In this document: piece by piece, positions 39,168 through 52,480 of the stretch
Layout of the letters: each line of letters begins with the position of its first letter
Position numbering within the stretch: position 1 is the first letter of the stretch
Assembly: GCF_006345805.1 (NCBI RefSeq)
Contig: NC_042997.1
Location: forward strand, 11,842,001 to 11,906,000
DNA length: 64,000 nt
Origin: Octopus sinensis
Lineage: Eukaryota
Reading direction: 5' to 3'
The notes under the pieces: model-generated
Told to the model about the DNA's origin: nothing
Seen by the model: only the letters and a program-made list of their open reading frames with translations
The model's database searches: none
Translations under genes and position numbers: made by a program

Positions 39168-40004
39168 AATAATAATGATAATAATAATAATAATAACAAT
39201 AACAGTAATAATAATTATCAGGAAACAAACATTATTTGCAACTTAGCCTTAAGAGCTGAGTAACAAAAACGAAAACACTGCGTTTAAGACAACTATGGAT
39301 GTTGGTGGAGGATGAGAAAAAATATGATAAAAGGAAAGAGAGAATGATAAAAACAGTGAAAGTAAGAAAGAAAGAGAGGAAGAGAGAGGGGGAGAGGAAC
39401 GGAGAGGGTGAGAGAAAGAAAGAGGGAAAATCAATTATGATAAATTTCTAAGGATTTAAGTTGAAAAGAAAAGCAAATTACAGACTTAATTAGAAATAAT
39501 CTAAAAAATGTTAATTGATACTATTTATATGTCTTTATGCTGTTACTAAAGATATTTGTAGGAAGAACAAGGAGACGATGGCGTTGCCAGAATAGGTAGG
39601 CTGCCAATGTTAGAATGGCCAATGGCTTTGTAATAACAATTCCTATTTTTACATATTCGTTGAGTTCAACTCCTGCCAAAGTCAACTTCGATTTCCGTTT
39701 CTTCGATTTTCACACATATGTAAGCACCAATTTAACGGGAGATTTTTTGTGTGTAGTTCTTGGATGTGCTAGCATTAGCAGTCAGAATTTGCTCAGATTG
39801 TACCCAATTTCTCAAATAAAGAGTGGATGCCTTAGAAAATGTAACTCTATACGTCCTGAAAAATTAAAGGTGATCACCGTTGGAATAATTTAGATAATAT
39901 GCTTATTCAATTAAGTTAGATCTGGAGAAAACAACAGCAACAGGTACAAGAAGGGTAACATCGAACTATATGTAAATGAAAGTCGGCTTTTTACGATGTT
40001 AGTC

Positions 40005-41510
40005 CAAATCACATCTTTTTGTACTTGTACTTGTGACGGCGTTCACCCAGGGCGGGTTGAATCGGCTTCTTCTCTGGTCCTGACGGCATCACGAACAATG
40101 GCGGCCCACGCTCGACGGTCCTGTGCGAGGTCACTAGAGATAGCGACCTATTCGCGGTTCCATCTGCGCAGACCGACCACCTGCGGCCCTGAGAGTTCGG
40201 AGAGGTCTTCCTTTATCGTCGTTGCCCAGGTCTTCAGCTGCCCGCCCGTGCATGTGCGCCAGTTGGGAAGTGGAGGAGGGAGGAGGACATCGCGAATCAG
40301 CTCACCCTCTGGACGCCGGGCCGCATGACTGAACCACCTTAAGCGCCGTTGTTGAAGCACTGAAGGAGGGGCCGGAGATTCAGGCGACGACGAAGACTGG
40401 CTGTATGAACCCGATCAATGCGTTGGCAGCGAATAATGCGGCGGAGACAGTCATTATCGAACACCTCCAGCCTTCACTGATCGACTACCCTCATAGGCCA
40501 TGTTTCACAACCATAGAGGAGGATAGTACGAACGACGGCCTTGTAGTTTTGCCCTTTGGTCACCGAGAAGATCTCTCTTCTGCCCCACAGGCACCGCCGG
40601 AGGCGCACGAATGCGGATTAGGCAGCATCTATGCGACGCTCGACCTCAGCTGCGCCCTGGCCCGCTGAAACCACCGTTGAACCCAGGTAGGTGAAGGACT
40701 TCACATCCTCCAGCTCCACTCCCTCGAGAACGATTGGCTGCCATTCCTGTGCTGCGACCATCACTTTGGTTTTGCCAGCATTGATCCGAAGACCAACAGC
40801 TGCTGCTGCCGCATGCACCCTTTAGAGAACATCTTGGACATCTGTCCGGTTAGAGCCCAAGAGTGAGATGTCATCTGCGTAGGCCAGGTCCGTCACCACG
40901 ACTCTTCTACCAGCCTCTACGCCCGGGTAGTCCCGAAGCGCAGTGTTGAGGTTGTAATCGATGGCGTAATTGAATAGGGTTGGCGTGAGCGCACAACACC
41001 ACCGATCACTGGTAGTGACATCAAACAACTTCGTCTCCCCGCTATAGACCCTCACCCGAGCCCTCGTTGAACGATAGTAGCCCTGTATGAGTTTTAGCAG
41101 CTTCACAAGGATACCGTCCGCCTGCATAATACGTCAGATCCACCGAGTCGAAGGCAGCCGCAAAATCGATGAAGCAGAGAACGGTAGGTTGTTGGTGCGC
41201 CCACCACTGTTCCAGGACTCGCTGGAGACTGCAGATTTAATCAACGCACCCTCTCCCGCGACGGAAGCCGCCCTGAGAAGGACGAGTACGAACATCACGG
41301 TTGGCCTGGAACCTCTTCAGAAGAAGGATTGTAAAGGTTTTGGCAGCCACATCGATCAAGCTGATGCCTCTATAGTTGGAACACAACTTTCTGTCACCTT
41401 TTCTGAAGAAAGGTAAAAGAGTTGCCTCGCTCCAGTCATCAGGAAAACGCTCCGTCGCCCACACAGCACATCCAGCACTCTTCTTCCGAGAGTATAATAT
41501 CCAATTTTCA
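40005..41510 (-). mobile_element. GC-rich RTE-clade LINE, degraded
   Basis: KGDRKLCSNYRGISL, QGGFRRGRGCVD, DLAYADDI, GLRINAGKTK, FTYLGS, RRLRWFSHAARR, GGQLKTW; (caagta)n tail. Confidence 0.92.
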
Positions 41511-42027
41511 CTTTCTTTTACACGCCAATAGTATAAATGATGACAACCGTAACAGAACTTCACTATTTGCAATTCATAACAGTCCTCATTATCTGTTTTC
41601 TTTCAATACACATGCTACATATTATATGTTATATACTGAGAAAGTCTTTCAGATAGTTTTTAAATTGTTTTAATAGCTTTTGGGACAGTGCATGGTAACG
41701 TGTATACACCTTCATGCAAATTGAACTATAAGATAATTACTATGACATGTCATAAAGGCCCCCAAGAAGCAGTAAAAGAAAAGCAAATTTTAAATAGAAG
41801 AAAATTAATCAATGAATAATGATTTGAAAATGTCAAGATGTGTTTTGGCGAGCTCAAATACGCATGAATTTCTTTCTTTCTGGACAACCATTTTCGAAAA
41901 AAGAATTTGAACGGTGAATATCAGGTGTGTTATAATATAGTGCAGTAAGAAAGAGTGCTGAATGCTACCAAACTGGATTTTGTCAAACTGATTATGTTAT
42001 GGAATATTTCAAACTCTTACTTGATAG

Positions 42028-42142
42028 GCGTGAGAACGAAGACTCTGAGGGAGTCAAAGAATTTTACGACTTCTCAGATTATATACAAGAAACATTTACG
42101 CGGACACTCTGCACAGAGCAGAAGATAAGTACGTTCTCTACG
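42028..42142 (+). CDS. candidate host coding exon, unknown protein
   Basis: cttacttgatAG acceptor; one open frame RENEDSEGVKEFYDFSDYIQETFTRTLCTEQKI(STFST); possible donors gtacgt (42129) or gtatcc (42143). No family recognised. Confidence 0.3.
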
Positions 42143-42904
42143 GTATCCACTGAGATCTGGAATATGTACTAATGTAAAATAAAACTACAGCTACTAAATC
42201 GGTAGAAGCTAGCATAACAGTATAAAATGGTGAACAAGACGTGAATAGCGATGTTTTCATAGCTAAATGATATCGAGAGAGAACAATATGACACCGAGCC
42301 TGCTATACTGTAAAAATAAATGAAAAAGAAAATAAAAAATGTTGTAGTGCGATATCAATTACTTAAGGGCAATTGTCAAATTCCATTACATCTAAATATG
42401 TAGGATACAAAATTTGTTCCATCTGCATAACAAGGTTATTTGTCCCCCATCTACCATGCCACACAGTTGGTTATTATCTAGCTGTCTTGCATAACAAGTT
42501 TATATCAATAATTTAACAAATAAAATTTTATAGTTCTCTTTTTCTTCTTGGTTATTTTTAGGAAAAAAATAGCCATTAGTGCACACTACGGGTGCTATTG
42601 ATTTAATTTTGATAGTGAATAAGTCCACTTTTTAACTGCAAAAATATATGCTGAGACGTAGGTTACAGAGACGTAGGTTATTTATGGTCACCTTATAGCG
42701 AAGAATAAACTTGAAATAATGTTGAACAACAACAACTTATATAATGCACATTTCTCCAAGATATTTTAGTTTGTGTCGCTTGTGCAGTAACTCTAAATGT
42801 TGGAAATTGAGCTAACGCAACAAATGAAATAATTACCAGAATGAAAATATTCAATAATGCCTTCTGATTCAGACGCAAGGCCATCAGTTTTGAAGAGAGA
42901 ACGT

Positions 42905-43580
42905 TAATCGATAACGTAGACCCCAGTACTTGAATAGTACTTTATTTTATCGATCTTGAAAGGATAAAAGGCAAAATTAACCTCGGAAGGATTTGAAATT
43001 AGAACGTATAAGTCTGAAACAAAACCGAAAGAAATTTTGTCCGACGTTCCGAGCTTTCCGTCAGTCATCACACTAGAAAATATTTAACAATTTTTTTCAC
43101 GTTTTAGCACAAAGCAAGATGTTTTAGCGAAGTGGTGGATCATAAATTACATCGATCCCAGTATTTGACTGGTACTTTAATTTGTCGATACCGAAATGAT
43201 GAAAAGCATAGTTGACCTCGCGGTATTTGAACCAAGAACATAAAGAAATGATGCTAAGTATTTAGTACGACACGCTAACAATTTTCTGCTACGTCGATGC
43301 CCTAAGAAAATAATTAATGAAGATAATTAATAAAAATAGAAAATGATTAATAAAAATTAAAAAAGCGACTTGAAAGGCAACGAAATGGTTGAATCATTTG
43401 TGCATCGGAAAAAATGCTTAGCGGTGATTTTTCCAGCTGTTTATGTTTTGCCTTCAAGTCTGGTCGACGTCTCTTCCATTTTTTGAGGTCGATAAAATAA
43501 GTACCAGTCAAGCACTGGGATCGATGTAACCGACTAATCCCCAACCCCCAAATCTCCGTCCTTGTGCCAAAATTTGAAAC
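42905..43580. mobile_element. three degraded SINE M copies (-, -, +)
   Basis: Core motifs gtcgataaaataagtaccagt..actggg(g)tcgat at about 42920-43000, 43150-43230 and 43460-43530. Confidence 0.7.
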
Positions 43581-43660
43581 AAAAGTAGACTGATAATAAT
43601 AAATTAAGAGGACTTACTCTGAACAGCAGGAAAAAGGGACTTATCTTATATGACATACTT

Positions 43661-43735
43661 GGCGCCCGTAGCGCAGTGGTAGTGCGCTCAGTTTAAAATA
43701 CTAAGATGGCAAATTCAAATCTCGGTTACCGAAGA
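43661..43735 (+). other. degenerate tRNA-like sequence (SINE head or tRNA pseudogene)
   Basis: D arm GCGC-AGTGGTA-GTGC, imperfect anticodon arm, degraded T loop, acceptor stem not closed. Confidence 0.4.
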
Positions 43736-44365
43736 AATTTCCGAAAAATGGGCCTCTGTGCTGCAAATAAAATTTTAAAAATAGACACTGGGATTGGTTG
43801 TAGTCTTTCAGTCCTGCTGCCTGGTTGTCTCTAGTTTACTACCCACCGGTTGACTTGTTCTTTCAGTTTTGCACCATTAATGATAAAACTAAGCGCTCCC
43901 CAATTGGTGGTGCCCGGAAAAAAAGTTTTCTTGTGGAGAATTAGGGACGAGAGCAAATAAAACAATGCAAACAAATCGACACAGTGTAATTTAGGACGGT
44001 GGACGAGGACGAACAGTCAAACAAAGTATGGCCTTGGGGGTCAAAGAGACGAGAATAGTGGGTAACGCTTAGAAAGTGTCTTGAAGGATAGAGAACGGAG
44101 CGATAGAGAATTTGCAACTGGTAGCTACGGGACCAGTGAAAGAAACGAAGGAAAAATGGAACTGGCCACGGATCACGTGACAGCATCAAGCAGAGGAGAA
44201 AGACAGTAAAAGAGAAGGAGAGAGAGAGAGAGCGACAGAGAAAAAATAAGGAAAGGGTTAAAGGGAAAGGCGAAAGACTAAGAATACAAGAGGCAGAGAG
44301 AGAAAAGGAGTAGGTAGAAAGGCTAGAATAGAAGTGAGAGGCTGAGAGGAAGAAAAGTATGAAGG

Positions 44366-44417
<52 letters not shown>

Positions 44418-44508
44418 AGAATCACACGGGTATATAAAAAAACTTACTTGTTAATACAAATTCGGTGTTTTGTGTTCCATTAATAAATAATATATATATA
44501 TAGATATA

Positions 44509-44929
44509 TATAATCAAAATAAGCAACAAGAATATCTTCGATAATTTGGTACGATCGTTTCACGCTACGTCATTTTATTAAACATTGTAAGTATTACAAC
44601 AGTTTTAAAATGTTGAGAAATCATCAGCCATTTATAGAGGTTTTCCTTCAGTACATATACTTATTTTCATGTTAATTGATAACATTATAAAGAGGGTAGA
44701 TAAATAGACAGAGATGTTGATTTGAAAGTTAAGAACATTAAGGTATTTTATAATGTTATCAATTAACATGAAAATAAGTATATGAATTGATGGAAAACCT
44801 CTATAAATGGCTGATGATTGATCAACATTTTAAAACTGTTGTAATACTTACAATGTTTAATAAAATGATGTAGCGTGAAACGATCGTACCAAATTACCGA
44901 AGATATTCTAGTTGCTTATTTTGATTATA
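44509..44929. repeat. large fold-back with a hammerhead-like motif in each arm
   Basis: About 182-bp arms (44509-44691, 44747-44929); + arm TGG-CTGATGA...GAAAC-GATC-GTA-CCA at 44808-44891, mirrored on - at 44547-44630. Confidence 0.85.
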
Positions 44930-45028
44930 ATCACCCCATGGATTTATATGGATAACACCATACAAAATTCTGGTGCATCTAACTTAAGTACCATATTCAT
45001 TTGAATCTAAATTCTGCTGAACTTATAT

Positions 45029-45059
<31 letters not shown>

Positions 45060-45625
45060 CATACATGCACGCGCGCACAGACATACCAATAATCACACAC
45101 ACACACACACATAGAGGCACACACATTATAGTAACAAATACGTGTGAAACCTGAGTTTGCAAAGCATTATCCTGTCATGGATTACAAGTTATTTTCTAGA
45201 ACACAATATCCAGATTTTAAAATAATGATATTCAACATTACCAAAGAGATTAGAATATATCCAGATATATAATATTATTTAGATAAAGTATTAGATTTTC
45301 CGCTCGAGTCTTATAGCACAGAGTGTCATTTGTGTCTTCGGTCATACGATCTAATTCTACTCTTCACAATTCATCTAGCGAAATTTAAATAAGGTTTATC
45401 AGTTTGATATTAGAGCCTGATGAAGCTGCGGCATATCCGCTTAACAAAACTGAAGCTAATGCTACAAATCGGCGCTGTGAATGTTTAGTTTTTTTTTTGT
45501 GTTTTTTTCGAAGCATGAACTTTGTAGCATTTATTTGTTTTACTTCTGAGGGTGGAAGCGATGTTGATAGAGCCTAGCTTTTCTTAACATAAATTTAGAA
45601 TCCTTTTCTCTTGTTGTTTAGTCCT

Positions 45626-45829
45626 ATTCTCTTTTACTCTCTTTTACTTGTTTCAGTCATTTGACTGCGGCCATGCTGGAACACCGCCTTTAGTCGAGCA
45701 AATCGATCCCCAGGATTTATTCTTTGTAAACGTAGTACTTATTCTATCGGCCTCTTTTGCCGAACGGCTAAGTTACGGCGACGTGAACACAACAGCATCG
45801 ATTGTCAAGCGATGCTGGGGGGGGGGGGA

Positions 45830-45909
<80 letters not shown>

Positions 45910-46079
45910 CATACGACGGGCTTCTTTCAGTTTCCGTCTGCCAAATCCACTCACAAGGCTTTGGTCGGCCCGAGGCTATAGTAGAAGACACTTGCCCAAG
46001 GTGCCACGCAGTGGGACTGAACCCGGAACCATGTGGTTTGCAAGCTTGCTACTTACCACACAGCCACTCTTGCGCCTAT
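45626..46079 (-). mobile_element. SINE family A, full length, expanded internal microsatellite
   Basis: Same head and tail as 5563. Confidence 0.9.
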
Positions 46080-46113
46080 TATCAAAGGCCTTTCACAAGA
46101 CATTATCCTGTCT

Positions 46114-46148
<35 letters not shown>

Positions 46149-46425
46149 TTCATTCGTTTCCTTTTATTCTTTTATTTTTTAATTTGTTTCAGTCATTAAA
46201 CTGCGGCCATGCTGGGGCACCGTCTTGTCAAGTTAAGTCGAGCCAGTGTAGTAGAATAAGCTCATGAAACCAATATGATGTCAAGGTCAAATTTACAGCC
46301 TCCACATCAGAATGTGGTTGCTGAAGAGAATCTGCCAAGGTTTTCATCCTGCAGAGGATTGAATATAGGCAATCTAATTCAACCTGTTCAACATAACAAT
46401 TTTTCTCTTCATAGCAACTTCTTTA

Positions 46426-46808
46426 TCTCTCTCTATATAAACGGCAGTTTGTCTGTGCGTGTTTCTGTGTGTCTGTTTGCTTGTACCCTCACCCTGACCA
46501 CGGCTTTCAACCGATTCTGATGAAACTTGACACACACATAGCCCAATGTCATAATTCAAAACTAACGCAGCGAAAATTTTGAAAAGTTCCCCCAGTTCTG
46601 AAAAAAATCGATAAATTCGACATGGGGTCGAGAATTAGAGACACAAACCGCAAACTGTCTAGGGGACGCAACTCCACCTTTTTTAACTAAAAAAAAATTT
46701 ACCATCATTTTTTTCCATTTTTTTTGCTATTTTTTGGCTATAACTCTCTAAAAATGCTTTATAGTTATTTCCCTTACAAACCTGAGCAACGCCGGGCGAT
46801 ACTGCTAG
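46426..46808 (+). mobile_element. non-autonomous Helitron
   Basis: a|TCtctctctatataaa start; gagcaacgccgggcgatactgCTAG|t end shared with the 4378 and 12942 elements, different interior. Confidence 0.8.
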
Positions 46809-47540
46809 TTATATATAATCAGAAGTTATCTTAAAATCTTAATCTTTCGCAGAAAAGTATGATAACCTAAGTGACAAGCCTTTCACTAGATTATTTGATA
46901 TTATTGCGGCATGATGAGACTGTTTATGTATATGACTGCTTCATGGACACTTTCTTTGAGGATAGAGTATTTTATTCGTAGAGAGGTACCGAGTCATATC
47001 TAAAAATAATCTAAAAAAAAATGAAATAGTATAGTTGCAACCAATAGTAATAATGGACCCAAATATTTTAAAACAGGAGCCATAAATTTTTAAAAAGGAG
47101 GCATAAGTCAAGCATTATAAAAACGGTTTAAGATCTAAGAGCTACAACACTGAGATTTTGCTGAGGTAATTTTCAAATAGAGTACAGAATATAGATAAAC
47201 ATGTGAGATCTGACTTCCCCGACATATTTATGTAAGAAGTGTGAAAGAGGCATTTAAATCAATATAGAGTGATCGTAATAAAAATCAGTTTTCCAATCTG
47301 AAATATATTATCTAAATTAGATTCTGTAATATGAGTAATGAAACAAATGAAATTAAGGACATCCATAAGTACACACAGACACACACATGCGCACACATAC
47401 GCGCGCGCACACACACGCGCGCGCACACACACGCGCGCGCACACACACAATTTTGTTTATCTAACCCGGTTTTTCATACGTATATGTGTATGTATATGTT
47501 CATACACAGACATGTATATGAGTGTGTGTATGTGTATGTA

Positions 47541-47620
<80 letters not shown>

Positions 47621-48085
47621 TATATATATATAAATATACACCGACAAATTTTCCTATCTACGATGGAGGCATAAAATGAGGGAGGGAAGTCATAATAGCA
47701 GTATGTATTGAGAAATGTGTAAATGGACTTGATAGATAACTGGGTGATGTCTTAGAAAAATCACATTATTCTTGGTGATACAGCATTCTATTGCAGCGAT
47801 ATGACATGTGTTTGCGACTAAGTGACATATGATTCCGATTCACCCGAATTGAAATAGACTCCCGGCATCTGTATCATTTATGATTATATGGACCACTCCT
47901 AACGAAAACCAGAGTTTCCTTCGACCATTACATATAAAAGTATTCAGTAAAATATGTTATTTAGATATACTTTTATTTTAGTTGTTTATACTATTTTACG
48001 CTTGTTTATACTCTTATACATTCAAAGTTCGCAAATTTCCTTATTTAAATTATGAATCATATTCCTTTCGATAATATCAATATGA

Positions 48086-48370
48086 TTAGAAAACCTCTTT
48101 GTAGACGATATTTTCTATTTGATCGACATTAATTTTCAAATTACTGGAGTCCGCTGCTCTACTCATAGCGATGTATAACTGGCTGTGTGTAAACATCGGT
48201 GTGGGTAAAAATATACTTACACGATCTAAATTCTGGCCCTGTGCATTGTTTGCTGTGAATGTGAGAGCGGAACATTTAGGGTTGCAAAAAATCAAACTAA
48301 GCCTTACCTATCACTGTTCTATTCGAATAATGTCTGGATGTTCTGGTAACACGGTTTATTTTGATTGACA
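48086..48370 (-). mobile_element. Helitron RepHel PIF1 helicase C-terminal remnant
   Basis: LTFTANNAQGQNLDRVSIFLPTPMFTHSQLYIAMSRA...NIVYKEVF* matches TINKSQGQTL...FSHGQLYVALSRV...NIVYKEV. Confidence 0.88.
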
Positions 48371-48525
48371 AAACTGAGATGTCAACAACAGCCACTTCGA
48401 TTAGTCGTTTCGAATCCTGCTCGAGAATGTCACATCAATAACGACTAAATAATCGCACACACTATATACTGACACACGTTTCCTATTTTATTTTCGCCAT
48501 TAACCGTCCTCGCGACCCCATTCGT

Positions 48526-49134
48526 ATCTACGATGGGGCCACGAACTGTACGATGAAAATCCAGAGTTATTGGTCGTTGGTGAATTTTTAATATAAATGC
48601 AAAAGTATTTTATCAATTCAGAAATCGATATCCACGAAATTATCATACTTTCTGATTTTTTTTTAATGCTAAAGTCCTTCTTGATGAACGTCTTTGTAAT
48701 CCCGAAAAATATCACAACCATTGGTCCAGTCGTCTGGCTGTGAAGAGGGAACAAACAAAGAGACGGACAGGCGGACATAACGCCCATTATAGTAAGATAG
48801 CAAATCTGCCCATCTACGATAAGAAATAAAGGGATAATATCGCAAATCTAAACGCTCTAAATTCACAAACTATATAGGAGAGGGGGTGGAGAATCCAGAG
48901 TCAATTCTCGTCGTCGGAATTTTGACAAGAATAAATAACAAAAGCAAAACAAAGATGATTTGTTAATACAAAAATCAATATCCACTAAATAATCATACTT
49001 TTCACATTTTTTTTTTTTTTGCTAGAAAACTTCCTGATCACCTCCTTAATCCGGAAAAACATCATGACCATTGGTTCAGCCGTTTCACCGTGAAGAGGGA
49101 ACAGACAGACGGATATAACGCCCATTATAGTAAG

Positions 49135-49138
<4 letters not shown>
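48526..49138 (-). mobile_element. two tandem non-autonomous Helitron-like elements
   Basis: Both begin (on -) atcttactataatgggcg followed by CTGT/CCGT repeats and end atcgtagat. Confidence 0.6.
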
Positions 49139-49202
<64 letters not shown>

Positions 49203-49204
<2 letters not shown>

Positions 49205-49551
49205 CCCACCGCGTGCCACCTTGGGCAAGCGTCTTCTACCATAGCCTCGGGCCGACCAAAGCCTTGTGAGTGGATTTGGCAGACGGAAACTGAAAGAAGC
49301 CCGTCGTATATATGTATATATATATATGTGTGTGTGTGTTTGTGTGTCTGTGTTTGTCCCCCTAGCATTGCTTGACAACCGATGCTGGTGTGTTTACGTC
49401 CCCGTCACTTAGCGGTTCGGCAAAAGAGACCGATAGAATAAGTACTGGGCCTACAAAAGAATAACTCCCGGGGTCGAGTTGCTCGATTAAAGGCGGTGCT
49501 CCAGCATGGCCGCAGTCAGATGACTGAAACAAGCAAAAGAGTAAAAGAGTA
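49203..49551 (+). mobile_element. SINE family A, slightly 5'-truncated
   Basis: Core, internal microsatellite and (aaaagagt)n tail. Confidence 0.88.
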
Positions 49552-50507
49552 TATATCTTTATATATATAATATATATATATACATGCTTGCATGTATACG
49601 TATACAATGAGTCCAAATAAAAACAGAAGTAAATCTATAAGTCGATTCTGTTTAATAACAGTTTTTACATAATACTATGTGAGCAGACACAACAGAAATA
49701 TGTTTTTGGAATCAGCTAAACATTTATATCAATACAAACACACACACACACACACACACATTTAAGTATATAGTATACATATACACACACCACAAATAAA
49801 AACAGCGTTAACGCCAAATTCTGCTACAACAACTACTTTTTATAATGATTATTATATATATCATTATTACTATGGTATATGTTGTTATAGTTCATACGAT
49901 GTTGTTTTTGTTGATATTTTGCTCTTCTTTGAAATCTATTTATAGATATCACAATACAAGCCAGAAAACACGGTGTAGAAATGAAAGAAGTATACATACA
50001 TACATAAAAAAACACACAGAAATATATTTAAAATAATCTATTTCATTATTGTCTACGCTGTCGCATCGCTCAATATCTGGGCAATGTTGTTCTCTCTATT
50101 GGACTCAATAAATTTACCCCGAGCATAAACCTAGCTAAAGCAATAAGCATGAAAAAAAAAGCAGCAACAAAATAAAAAACAAATGTGAAACACATTGCCC
50201 TCAAACTGATAAAAAGGAAAAGTGCAAACCTATTGAATTATCTCTAGATTTTGAAAATATCTTTTATTTAAATGCTGATTTGGTATCAGTTTTTTTTTTT
50301 TCAGGTGATATGTTGAGTTATTTTATTTTTTCATAAAGTTATTTCTTGCACCTTATCAACTGTAAAACCATGATATATATTATCAGTAACTTATCGATAC
50401 GCACACACAGAGACATACACACAGACACAGACACACACACGCACATGTATATATGTATATGGCTATGACTATATTTCCATGTGTATGTCTTTCTCTTCCT
50501 CTGCGTG

Positions 50508-50565
<58 letters not shown>

Positions 50566-50625
50566 ATATATGTATATATAATATATACATACATATATAT
50601 ATATATATATACACATATATATGTA

Positions 50626-50666
<41 letters not shown>

Positions 50667-50687
50667 TATATAAAGATATATATATAA

Positions 50688-50721
<34 letters not shown>

Positions 50722-51310
50722 TTTTATCTGTAACTTCAACAAATGTCAAAGCGCGAAACAATATCTTATAACAAAGATATATCAAGTTTTATAAAAAGTT
50801 GGAGTCGATAGTATTAGATACGCTCATATCTTACTTCTTACTTTCGTTGTTTCCTTGCTGCAGGTGTCAACAGAAGGTGATTCAAAATGGTGATGGAAAT
50901 ATCGTTGCCATACCTTGTCTTTTAATGACGTAAAGAAAATAGAGAAAAAAAAACGTGAAAGTAAAAATATAGTTTGTTGTATCTAAAGATTAGACTCTTA
51001 AAATATAGATTTTACCATTTAGCTATTCATTATATACTTTAACATCAGCTTGTTAAATATATATATAGTTTCATTTATATGAATATATGTAGTTATATAT
51101 ATATATATATATGTAGTTAAGCATACATACAAACACATATATACACACACACACACACGCACACACTTATATATTCTTTAAAGACATTAGTTTATTAACT
51201 TGATCGTCAGATCATTAAATGTGATCCTACATTGGACTATCACAATATACAATTTTACATTATGTACTTCAACATAAAAATCTTCTTTGTTACGGTACAT
51301 ACATACACAC

Positions 51311-51345
<35 letters not shown>

Positions 51346-51477
51346 CATTAATAGTTTAAGCTCAAAGTTTCTGCTTTGGTAGCGAAATATTAATGTATAT
51401 GTTCGTTATCGTACAATATATACTCTTTATTATTAAGCTATCAGTGTACAGACTTTAGCATTATAATATTTTATATC

Positions 51478-51775
51478 AAGGCGGTGAGCTAGCAGAAGCG
51501 TTAGCACGGCGGAATTTGAACTCAGAACGTAACGGCAGACGAAATACCTATTTCTTTACTACCCACAAGGGGCTAAACACAGAGGGGACAAACAAGGACA
51601 GACAAACGGATTAAGTCGATTACATCGACCGCAGTGCGTAACTGGTACTTATTTAATCGACCCCGAAAGGATGAAAGGCAAAGTCGACCTCGGCGGAATT
51701 TGAACTCAGAGCATAGCGGCAGACGAAATACCGCGAAGCATTTCGCCCGGCGTGCTAACGTTCCTACCTGCGCGC
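51478..51775 (-). mobile_element. rearranged SINE M (short + head, partial duplication, full - copy)
   Basis: ggcggtgagctagcagaagcgttagcac joined to antisense SINE sequence. Confidence 0.75.
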
Positions 51776-51934
51776 GGCCTTCATTTTTACCGCTGAGTCT
51801 ATGGAAAAAGAGCAGTGTTCATAGTACTTTCCAGGTCCTTCTACACAGGTGAGAAGAGATGAGTGACTACTCAGAGTTAAAACCTGGGCTGAATGTTTGC
51901 AACAGAATGTAGCTGACTAAACAACAGCCAAATG

Positions 51935-52480
51935 CCCTTATCATCATCATTATTGTTCGACCGTGGTCGAGACAATGGAATTTACCATGCTACGCCAGAC
52001 TTCACGGTCCATCATAGCATTACGGAGGTCCTGTTGCTGGATGCCTGTATCCCTGGAGATTACATCAGGGTAGAAGAGTGTGCTCCCTCTGGTATTGCGA
52101 GTAGATGGCTTCCAGAGGAGAAAAGTAGAAATTGCTTCGTTTTCAGCTCTACAACAACGTCCAGCAAACTGGACTCTTCTACCTTTCACAAGAGATGACA
52201 CAGGTGGTAGTTTCCCATATATTTGCATTTTGGTTGGATGACACTTCCACGAGAGATTTTGATCTCTCATAAGGAGGCGAGTGTAGGTTCCATCCAACCG
52301 CCTCTGAAGCTTCTTTGATAACGTCCAGGTGTCTGAGCCATATAGTAGAATTGGTTCGACTGTGACTTTGAAGATTTCAAGTTTGAAGTCTCTACTTAGA
52401 TTTGATGACCAGACCTTATGCATGTCATTACAGGCTGACCAGGCCATACCCTTTCTAGTTAGAACATCTTTTCTAGATGA
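51935..52480 (-). mobile_element. RTE-clade LINE 3' fragment
   Basis: RKGMAWSACNDMHKVW...VEPILLYGSDTWTL...RRVQFAGRC...MMDREVWR; short (tga)n tail. Confidence 0.88.

Noticed and set aside
39568-39943. Micro-exons EEQGDDGVARI and DLEKTTAT
   Set aside because: Acceptors and the second donor are weak; unsupported without RNA data.
45412-45465. CTGATGA followed by GCGG/CCGC hairpin
   Set aside because: The GAAA half of the core is absent.
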